Positions 24,432 through 31,996 of a stretch of DNA of 31,996 bases are shown piece by piece. Source of the stretch: a virus (Duplodnaviria; Caudoviricetes). Numbering within the stretch: the first letter of the stretch is position 1; every line of letters starts with the position of its first letter. The notes beneath the pieces are model-generated. The model made no database searches and was not told where the DNA came from. It saw only the letters and a list, made by a program, of their open reading frames with translations. The position numbers were made by a program, and so were the translations under genes. The stretch is from positions 1-31,996 of IMG/VR virus record IMGVR_UViG_3300020044_004718; one strand, given 5' to 3'.

Positions 24432-24843
24432 TATTATAAGCAAGATTAAAGAAGCGTTATTAGACGAACCTTTTGTTAATACTGCAACGGAGGGCGATAT
24501 ATTCGATGTGGATTTAGCCAAGCGTACAATGTTTCCTTTATCGCATATTATGATTAATAGCGCAACGCATTTAGGTAACGTAATACAATTTAATATTACT
24601 ATTTTACTGATGGATATACTAAACCAAAAAGACGAAAGTAATAAAGTTGATGTTTGGAATACACAATTAGCAGTAGGTGTTAGGGTAATGGATAGGTTAA
24701 ATCGTGGTGATTTAAGGGATGATTATTGGGAGTTAACTGGCAATCCAAGTTTTGAACCATTCACTGAAAGATTTGAAAATGATTTAGCAGGCTGGGCGTT
24801 AACATTTGATGTAAGCGTTAAAAATGATGAAACAATATGTTAG
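24421..24843 (+). CDS. Putative tail terminator/completion protein
   Basis: 140 aa acidic; FPLSHI and PFTERFENDLAGW; context. Confidence 0.5.
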   Translation: MVYSIISKIKEALLDEPFVNTATEGDIFDVDLAKRTMFPLSHIMINSATHLGNVIQFNITILLMDILNQKDESNKVDVWNTQLAVGVRVMDRLNRGDLRDDYWELTGNPSFEPFTERFENDLAGWALTFDVSVKNDETIC

Positions 24844-25346
24844 ATAACAAAAATACAAAAGACTATCTTAATTCGTTTGCTAAATACGTTATACAACAAA
24901 GTAGAAGCAATTTAACAAAGGGCGGTAAAAACGTAGATAAAAAGCTATACAATAGTTTAGATAAAGAAATAGAAGTTGGTGCTAATAGTTTTCGTTTAGC
25001 TTTCTTAATGGAGAATTACGGAGAATTTCAAGACAAAGGAGTTAGCGGAACGCAGAGGAAATACGATACACCATTTAGCTATAAAAGTAAAAGACCGCCT
25101 TTAAAACCTATTACTGATTGGGTAAAGAAAAGACGCTTTCAGTTTAGAAAAGAAGATGGTAAATTAATGAGTTATCAAAGTACAGCGTTTTTAGTTAGGC
25201 AAGGTATTTTTAAGAATGGTATTAAACCAAGTTTGTTTTTTACAAAACCATTTGAGAATGCTTTTAAACGTTTACCTGATGAATTAGTAGAAGCGTACGG
25301 ATTAGATTTAGAACAATTTTTACAATTTACAATTAATAAAAAATGA
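24837..25346 (+). CDS. Putative neck/tail completion protein (HK97 gp10-like)
   Basis: Basic; LYNSL, YGEFQDKG, GIKPSLFFTKPF. Confidence 0.55.
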   Translation: MLDNKNTKDYLNSFAKYVIQQSRSNLTKGGKNVDKKLYNSLDKEIEVGANSFRLAFLMENYGEFQDKGVSGTQRKYDTPFSYKSKRPPLKPITDWVKKRRFQFRKEDGKLMSYQSTAFLVRQGIFKNGIKPSLFFTKPFENAFKRLPDELVEAYGLDLEQFLQFTINKK

Positions 25347-26347
25347 AAAAAATATTTGTTAGAAGTCCTTATTTTATTAAAATAGACGCAGTTGGAATTA
25401 CCGAAAGCGAGGTTGAAATATATTTATGGAACAAAGGAACAACTGAACCAACAATACCAACTTATGTGTTAAGTAAGCCTATTGCAAGCCCTACACAGAC
25501 AGAAATGGTTTACAATATATCGAACTACGCAAAAGAGTTTATTAAGCCAACAGCTCCAATAGAAGGAGATGTTGAAGAGCAATTCGTAAACACTTGGTGT
25601 TATTGCAGAGTTAAAAGCTATTATAATTCAAAAGTTGTTCACGGAAATGAATTATTTGTTTGTTTAAATGGATACACAAATTATATGTTAGGATATAATC
25701 AGAGCATTGAAGCCGATTTTATACCTCTTTTTAATCCAGATATTAATATGTATAATTTTGGGAGTAAACCCACAGTAAGCGTATGGATAGAGGGAGATAA
25801 CCGTGATTTAGTTTGGGGTGAGCTGAATTTTACAGTATATGGCGATGGGGTGTGGTCATTAGGTTATACGGATAACCCTAATTATACTTTATTCGACGAT
25901 ATAGAGGGTGAGTTATTTAAATTGGTTGAAATAAACGTAGAGGATTTTTGTGAAAATAAATTTACGCCAGTATTTTGTAGCTTCATAAACCGTTATGGCG
26001 GATGGCAAACTCTTATTTTTTTCAAGGCTAATTTGCAAAGTATTAATGTAACAAGCAAAGAGTTTCAATTGCTACCTAGTAACGTAGATTATAACGCAGT
26101 ATTGGGTCAAAGAAAGACTTTTAATCATCAAGGCTCTAAAAAAATAAAATGCAATACGGGTTGGGTTGACCAAAACTATTTTGAATTGATACAAGATTTA
26201 CTTTTAAGCGAAGTTGTATTATTAGACAATGAACCTGTAATAGTTAAAACACAGTCGGCTGATTTTAAAACGCATTTGAAAGATAAGAATATAAATTACG
26301 AAATAGAATTCGAGTACAGTTTTGGATTAATAAACGATGTAATATAA
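25343..26347 (+). CDS. Tail/baseplate structural protein
   Basis: FINRYGGWQ motif; structural operon context. Confidence 0.55.
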   Translation: MKKIFVRSPYFIKIDAVGITESEVEIYLWNKGTTEPTIPTYVLSKPIASPTQTEMVYNISNYAKEFIKPTAPIEGDVEEQFVNTWCYCRVKSYYNSKVVHGNELFVCLNGYTNYMLGYNQSIEADFIPLFNPDINMYNFGSKPTVSVWIEGDNRDLVWGELNFTVYGDGVWSLGYTDNPNYTLFDDIEGELFKLVEINVEDFCENKFTPVFCSFINRYGGWQTLIFFKANLQSINVTSKEFQLLPSNVDYNAVLGQRKTFNHQGSKKIKCNTGWVDQNYFELIQDLLLSEVVLLDNEPVIVKTQSADFKTHLKDKNINYEIEFEYSFGLINDVI

Positions 26348-28581
26348 TGAAAGTAGCCTTATACATATATGACGATAATGTATCTAAACGTATTGAATTA
26401 TTTGACGATGAAAAGATTAGCATAACATCTTCAATTCAAAATATTAATGATATTTCAAAAGTATTTACAGATTATTCTCAATCTTTTACCGTTCCTGCAA
26501 GCGATACAAACAATCGCATATTTAAACATTGGTACGAAAATGCAATAGATAATGCGTTTGACCAACGCCAACGTTACAAAGGTTATATTGAAATTGATAC
26601 ACAAATATTTAGAACAGGTCAATGGCAATTAGAGAGTGCTTCAATTAAAAATAATCGAGTAGAAGATTATAAGATTACTTTTTATGGCGTTTTAAAATCT
26701 TTGACAGATAAGTTTGGCGAAGATAAATTAAAAGATTTAGAAACTTTAAACGATTATAACGTAATCTATTCTGGTGGACTTGTTGCGAACAAGATACAAA
26801 CAACTAACGAAGCAGAGTTAGATATTGCTTTTCCTTTAATTTCAAGTAATAGAGTTTGGCAGTATGGCGGTGGTGGCTCTCTTGATATTAGTCATAATTC
26901 AGGGCATATACATTTTAACGAATTGTTCCCTGCGATAAGATTACCCAGAGTTTTTGAAGCGATTGAAAACAAATACGGAATTAATTTTAACGGAAACTTT
27001 TTAACACAAAGCAGATTTACAGATGCTTATTTGTGGATGAAAAATAAAGAAAACTTTGCTCCGATAGGGCAAGAAGTTTTAGTTAATTTTACTGAAACCT
27101 TGAATGAATTACCAGCTAATTGGGCTGGGTTATACCTACAATCTAATCAATTTTATATAAAAACTGATAGTTTTTTGCCAGTTCCGCAGACAGAATTTAT
27201 ATATACCGCATCAGGGGTTTGGGATTATAAATTTGACTTTTCTACATCTGTAACGTGGCAAGTTACTATACTAAAAGAGGGAGAGCCTTTTAGCGTTGTT
27301 ACAGGTGTAGGTACTACGACTGGGTTTTTGCAACTACCAACAATACAAGGCACGTATAAAATGTATTTAAGTACATCAACAAGTTGTACTTACACAGGTT
27401 TTATAGTAGGTAACACTGTTTATTATGCCCAATTTGGTTCTAATCCTTATGTTCCTTTTATAAAGTCGGTTATAGGTGCTTCATCAGGTTCTACAACAAC
27501 ATTTTTAAATATACCAAGTTATATGCCAGATATGAAAATATCAGAATTTTTAAGTGGTATTTTAAAAATGTTTAACCTTACAGCTTTTAGTTTTGATGAA
27601 GAAAATTATACTTTAGAGCAGTTGGAGAATTGGTACTATCTAGGTAATATTTACGACTTTTCAGAATATTGCACAACCGATTTTAATTATGAAAGAATTA
27701 AGCCTTATAAAAAAGTAAACTTTGAATATGAGAAAAGTGAAAGTTTAACAAACAGAAACTACTTTAATAGCAACAATCAAGAGTATGGTAATTTAGGTTA
27801 TACTTTCAGTTCTGATGGTTCTGATTATACAATTAAATTACCATTTGAAAATATAATGTTTAACAAGTTTACAAGCACTAATTTACAAGTGGCTTATTCG
27901 GTTAATAAAGATTTACAACCATACATACCAAAGCCAGTTATTTTATATAAGTTAAAAAATCAAACAGGAGTTGACTTTAAATTCAACACAGGAACATCAA
28001 ACATTACAATAAATGCGTATAATGTGTTCGGTCAAGATGTATTGTACCAAACAGAAAATCACAGTTTAAATTGGGGTTTTGATATAAGCAGTTTCTATTT
28101 ACAACCTATTAATAATTCATTATTTAAAGATTACTATTACGACTACTTAAACAATCTTTACTCTTTGAAATCGAGATTGTTAAAAGTAACAATGCGTTTG
28201 CCTTACAGTAAATTATTAAGTTTACGATTGAATGATAGGATTGTAATTCGTGATAAAAGATATGTGATTAATTCTTTTACAACCGATTTAGATACTTTTG
28301 AGAGTAAGTTTGAATTGATACAAGACTTTAGAAGTATAAACTTTAAGAACTCTGCTATTGTAAACACGAGCAATACGGGTAAGCTAATAATAAGAAACGT
28401 TGTAAGTCCAATCCCTTTAACGTGGAGTATCTTTTCAGACCCAGAAGACCAAATTAAAAGCATTACAAATGGTGCTGATTATGTTGAAATTGATATTGAA
28501 GCCAACACAACAGCGACAGAATTAATATATGCAATACAAAGCAATAAAAACGATATAATAACAATAATACAAGATGCTTAA
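26347..28581 (+). CDS. Large tail tip/baseplate protein
   Basis: 744 aa, TAATG-coupled, beta-rich central insert. Confidence 0.55.
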   Translation: MKVALYIYDDNVSKRIELFDDEKISITSSIQNINDISKVFTDYSQSFTVPASDTNNRIFKHWYENAIDNAFDQRQRYKGYIEIDTQIFRTGQWQLESASIKNNRVEDYKITFYGVLKSLTDKFGEDKLKDLETLNDYNVIYSGGLVANKIQTTNEAELDIAFPLISSNRVWQYGGGGSLDISHNSGHIHFNELFPAIRLPRVFEAIENKYGINFNGNFLTQSRFTDAYLWMKNKENFAPIGQEVLVNFTETLNELPANWAGLYLQSNQFYIKTDSFLPVPQTEFIYTASGVWDYKFDFSTSVTWQVTILKEGEPFSVVTGVGTTTGFLQLPTIQGTYKMYLSTSTSCTYTGFIVGNTVYYAQFGSNPYVPFIKSVIGASSGSTTTFLNIPSYMPDMKISEFLSGILKMFNLTAFSFDEENYTLEQLENWYYLGNIYDFSEYCTTDFNYERIKPYKKVNFEYEKSESLTNRNYFNSNNQEYGNLGYTFSSDGSDYTIKLPFENIMFNKFTSTNLQVAYSVNKDLQPYIPKPVILYKLKNQTGVDFKFNTGTSNITINAYNVFGQDVLYQTENHSLNWGFDISSFYLQPINNSLFKDYYYDYLNNLYSLKSRLLKVTMRLPYSKLLSLRLNDRIVIRDKRYVINSFTTDLDTFESKFELIQDFRSINFKNSAIVNTSNTGKLIIRNVVSPIPLTWSIFSDPEDQIKSITNGADYVEIDIEANTTATELIYAIQSNKNDIITIIQDA

Positions 28582-28717
28582 ACTTATAATTCAAATGCTT
28601 GAATTTCAAAAGTTTGGAACAAGCGAAGCAATAGATATTGCAAAAGGAAAATATAAATTACCTGATACACTAACAGAACTTAAAAGAGCAATAAAATGGC
28701 AATTAAAAAAACAATAG
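28574..28717 (+). CDS. Small hypothetical protein (47 aa, ...IDIAKGKYKLP...)
   Basis: Read by hand; overlaps both neighbours. Confidence 0.5.
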   Translation: MLKLIIQMLEFQKFGTSEAIDIAKGKYKLPDTLTELKRAIKWQLKKQ

Positions 28718-30786
28718 AAATTGATGTAAATGCTAATGCAGCAGAAAAAGACATTAACGACTTAAACAAATCGGTTGTTAGGTTAGAAAATTCTGTTGAA
28801 GATTTCGCAAAGACAGGTAAAAAGTCTTTAGATAATATTGATAAAAATATTAAAGAAACAGAAAAAAGCACAAAAACATTAAGCGAGGGATTCAAAGCTA
28901 CAGGTGTTGCGTTAAAAGCAATGGGTATTGGTTTAGTTATTAGTTTAATGGCTACACTTAAAGAGGTATTTATGGGCAATCAAAAAGTTGCTGATACCTT
29001 TAGTGCTGTATTAGGTACTGTTTCAAATATATTTAGTCAAGTTACAAATGTAGTAGTATCAGTAATTGAAAAAGTTGGTGGTGCTACAAAAGGTTTTGAG
29101 GGTTTAAGTAATGTTATTGGTGGTTTATTAAAATTATCTTTAGTGCCTTTAAAGGGTGCTTTTTATGGTATTAAATTAGTTATAGACGAGGTACGTTTAG
29201 CTTGGGAAGAAAGTTTATTTGGTGATGGTGACCCAAAAACTATTAAGGATTTAACAAAACGTATTGATGAAACAAAAGTTAGTTTAAAGAAAGTAGGTAC
29301 TGATGCAGTAGAAGCGGGTAAGCAAGTAGGTAATAATATTGGTAAAGCTATTAGCGAAGTAGGTGCTGTAGTAGAGGGTACTATTGATGGTGTTTCTAAA
29401 ATATCAGTTTCTGCTGCTTATGAACAAGCAAAGGCAAATGTACAATTACAAAATACTGCAAAGTTAGCAGAAGCAAACCAAGCACGTTTAGTAGAGCAAT
29501 ATGATAGACAAGCTGAAAAGTTAAGACAAGTTAGAGATGAAGAACGTAATAGTGTTGAAGATAGAATTATTGCTAATAACAAATTAAAAGTTGTTTTAGA
29601 AAATCAACAAAAAGCAATGTTAGATCAAGCAGATGCACAAATAGCTGCGGCACAATCTACACTATCACAAAATAAAAATATAGAAAATCAAGTTGCTTTA
29701 ACAAATGCTTTAGCAAATAGAGAAGGAGTTTTAGCCCAAGTTGAGGGTTTACGCTCTGAACAAAAAGCAAATGATTTAGCTTTAAACAAAGAGCTTATTG
29801 ATTTAACTAAAACTAAACAAGAAGCAGAAACACAATTAGCAATTAATGAAGCTAACTTTAATGCAGAGCGTGTTAAAAATGAAGAAGCACAATTAGTAGC
29901 TAAAAAATCTGCTTTAGAACAAAATAAAATAATTGAGTTACAAAATTTACAAAATGTAATTGATAGTGCAAAAGCAGGTACACAAGCTAAAGTAGATGCA
30001 GAAAATGAATATGCTTTAAAGAAACAAGAAATTGAACAATCTATTATTTTAGCTGATGATGCAATAGCAGAGTATAAAAGAAATAAAGCTATTGAAAACA
30101 ACCAAAAAATAATTGATGCAGATAATGTAAGTTTTGAAGCAAAAAGAGAAGCTTTAAAAGCACAAGAAGCATTATTGTTAGAAGATAAAACTTTAAGCGA
30201 ACAACAACGTAATGAAATTTTACAACAATTTTCAAATGATAGAGGTAAAATAGATGTTGCAGAAGCAGAACAAAAAGCAGCTATTCAAAATTCTATTATT
30301 GATGTTACCACTCAAGGTATAGGTTTAATAAAAGGATTGTTTGAAAAAAATAAAGGTGTACAAAAAGCAGCAATGTTAGCAGAAAGTGCTTTAGGTATTG
30401 CTAAAATTATTGTTAATACTCAAACTGCAAATGCTGTAGCTGCTGCATCACCATTAAATGCAGTAGACCCAAGTTACGGAATTAGAGCAAGAATTATAAA
30501 TACTGTAGGTGCAGGTATTGGTATTGCTTCAAATATAGCAGCTACTGCAAAAGCTTTAGCTTCTTTAGGTGGTGGTGGAGCTCCAAGTGGTGGTAATGTA
30601 GGCGGTACTGCTGGTGGTGGTGTTGCCCCTGCTCCACAATTTAACGTAGTAGGTAATAGTGGTATTAACCAAGTTGCACAAACGTTAGGACAACAACAAC
30701 CTATTCAAGCGTTTGTAGTTGCTAACCAAGTTACTACTCAACAAAGTATGGATAGAAATATAATTAATAACGCAAGTTTAGGATAA
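28696..30786 (+). CDS. Tape measure-like protein
   Basis: 696 aa, Ala/Gln/Lys-rich coiled coil with hydrophobic Gly/Ala segments. Confidence 0.65.
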   Translation: MAIKKTIEIDVNANAAEKDINDLNKSVVRLENSVEDFAKTGKKSLDNIDKNIKETEKSTKTLSEGFKATGVALKAMGIGLVISLMATLKEVFMGNQKVADTFSAVLGTVSNIFSQVTNVVVSVIEKVGGATKGFEGLSNVIGGLLKLSLVPLKGAFYGIKLVIDEVRLAWEESLFGDGDPKTIKDLTKRIDETKVSLKKVGTDAVEAGKQVGNNIGKAISEVGAVVEGTIDGVSKISVSAAYEQAKANVQLQNTAKLAEANQARLVEQYDRQAEKLRQVRDEERNSVEDRIIANNKLKVVLENQQKAMLDQADAQIAAAQSTLSQNKNIENQVALTNALANREGVLAQVEGLRSEQKANDLALNKELIDLTKTKQEAETQLAINEANFNAERVKNEEAQLVAKKSALEQNKIIELQNLQNVIDSAKAGTQAKVDAENEYALKKQEIEQSIILADDAIAEYKRNKAIENNQKIIDADNVSFEAKREALKAQEALLLEDKTLSEQQRNEILQQFSNDRGKIDVAEAEQKAAIQNSIIDVTTQGIGLIKGLFEKNKGVQKAAMLAESALGIAKIIVNTQTANAVAAASPLNAVDPSYGIRARIINTVGAGIGIASNIAATAKALASLGGGGAPSGGNVGGTAGGGVAPAPQFNVVGNSGINQVAQTLGQQQPIQAFVVANQVTTQQSMDRNIINNASLG

Positions 30787-30792
30787 AAAATA

Positions 30793-30824
30793 ACAAAATA
30801 TAATAATTAATGTTTTTAAATAAA
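30793..30824 (+). promoter_or_regulatory. Candidate late promoter, copy 4
   Basis: ACAA-N14-TGTTTTTAAATAAA ending 6 nt before the ATG at 30831. Confidence 0.7.
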
Positions 30825-30830
30825 AATAAT

Positions 30831-31424
30831 ATGAACCTAATAGAATTAATAATAGACGATAAAGATGAGTTAAGTGGTGTGGATGCTATTAGCGTAGTTG
30901 CTACTCCTGCTATCGAGTCTAATTTCGTAGCGTTAAAATCTGAAGAAATTAAACTTGCACAAGTAGATACAGAGAAACGTATTTTAATGGGTGCTGTTTT
31001 AATTCCTGAAAAGCCAATTTATAGACGTAATGGCGAAGATGAATATTACATTTACTTTTCAAAAGACACTGTTTATAAAGCCAATAAATTGTTTATGGAA
31101 AATAAGAATCAACAAAATTGGACTTTAGAACACGGAAAACAAATAGAGGGTTTAACAATTATAGAAAATTGGATAGTTGAAGATAAACAAAAAGACAAAT
31201 CAGCTATTTATAATTTTAACGTGCCTATTGGTACTTGGATGGCAAACGTATATGTTAAAGATGATGCTATTTGGAATGACTATGTTAAAACAGGTAAAGT
31301 AAAAGGTTTTAGCCTTGAGGGATATTTTGCAGATAAATTAGAAGAAAAAAAGCAGTTAAGTAAAAATGAAAATATTGTTGAACAAATTAAATCTTTAATA
31401 AATGAGTACGAAAACAAAAAGTAA
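30831..31424 (+). CDS. Prohead serine protease (XkdF-like); true start probably 30831 rather than 30810
   Basis: AISVV..PAIE, LEH, GTW, VKGFSLEG motifs; the 30810 ATG overlaps the promoter motif. Confidence 0.75.
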   Translation: MNLIELIIDDKDELSGVDAISVVATPAIESNFVALKSEEIKLAQVDTEKRILMGAVLIPEKPIYRRNGEDEYYIYFSKDTVYKANKLFMENKNQQNWTLEHGKQIEGLTIIENWIVEDKQKDKSAIYNFNVPIGTWMANVYVKDDAIWNDYVKTGKVKGFSLEGYFADKLEEKKQLSKNENIVEQIKSLINEYENKK

Positions 31425-31596
31425 AACAAGTCCTAAAAATGGTAAGCGTGGTTGTCTATGTGATGATAACACTTATAGTAAAGAATGTTGCAATGGTGAT
31501 TTACAAAATCAAGGCATAGGACAAACTACAGGAGTAGATAGTGTAACCGTTACAGAAAATAACGGAGTAAGAGTAATAACAAGAGTAAACGGATAA
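31402..31596 (+). CDS. Small Cys-rich hypothetical protein
   Basis: SPKNGKRGCLCDDNTYSKECCNG..QGIG. Confidence 0.65.
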   Translation: MSTKTKSKTSPKNGKRGCLCDDNTYSKECCNGDLQNQGIGQTTGVDSVTVTENNGVRVITRVNG

Positions 31597-31599
31597 ACA

Positions 31600-31962
31600 A
31601 TGACACCACAAGAAAAAAACGTATTTGGTAAATTATTTACAAAAACAGAATTAGGTAAACACGAAATTGAATTGGCTTTAACAGATGATTTTGATAAATT
31701 ATTTAATAAAGGTAATGATGACAATGAAACTATTGGAAAATCTTTAATTGATAATTTATCTAAAGCAGAAGCTAGTTACAAACAAAATATTCAAATATTA
31801 CAAAATGCTAAAAAGATTTCAGAAGATTTGATTTCTAAAGCTAAAGATTTAGGTATTGATTTACCAACCGCAACATTGAATAGAATTAAATCAGTAGATT
31901 TATTAATAAAAGAAAATCAAACTTATTTATCTAAAATAAGTCAAATGTATTCTATGTTTTAA
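31600..31962 (+). CDS. Hypothetical helical protein, possible internal head protein
   Basis: 120 aa between the protease and scaffold genes; N-terminal KLF.KTEL..HEIELA. Confidence 0.6.
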   Translation: MTPQEKNVFGKLFTKTELGKHEIELALTDDFDKLFNKGNDDNETIGKSLIDNLSKAEASYKQNIQILQNAKKISEDLISKAKDLGIDLPTATLNRIKSVDLLIKENQTYLSKISQMYSMF

Positions 31963-31996
31963 TAAATAAATATATAATTTTTAAAAATACAACAAC
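31876..31996. repeat. Terminal direct repeat copy 2
   Basis: Identical to 1-121. Confidence 0.95.

Noticed and set aside
269-31724. Remaining minus-strand ORFs in the track (e.g. 269..484, 3817..4047, 28680..28979, 29688..30101)
   Set aside because: All are antisense to well-supported plus-strand genes and have the Ser/Phe/Leu-rich composition expected of shadow ORFs.
1-31996. Stop-codon reassignment, tRNA genes or introns
   Set aside because: Core genes are intact under the standard code with dense packing, and I saw no cloverleaf or interrupted gene.

Overview
The window looks like a complete, circularly assembled genome of about 31,875 bp (bases 1-121 repeat exactly at 31876-31996). It is a very AT-rich tailed phage, most likely infecting Bacteroidota/Flavobacteria, judged from repeated TAnnTTTG promoters and AT-rich translation starts without Shine-Dalgarno sequences. 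All credible genes are on the + strand. Modules: head and tail (in a non-canonical order), lysis, recombination/replication (ERF, SSB-like, initiator, primase-helicase, RuvC-like), an ECF-type sigma factor and terminase. I see no integrase, repressor or DNA polymerase. Main observation: 9487-13120 is an integron-like array of six gene cassettes, two of them DNA methyltransferases. The cassettes are separated by attC-like hairpins with an invariant TAAC...GTTA core, cassette-specific complementary ends and conserved mismatches, and there is no recombinase in the genome. Also notable: three promoter-proximal two-hairpin RNAs whose loops are complementary (kissing loops, different sequence in each copy), a four-copy candidate late promoter, and a -1 frameshift tail-chaperone pair. 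All product calls come from motifs read by eye and from gene context; no database searches were run.
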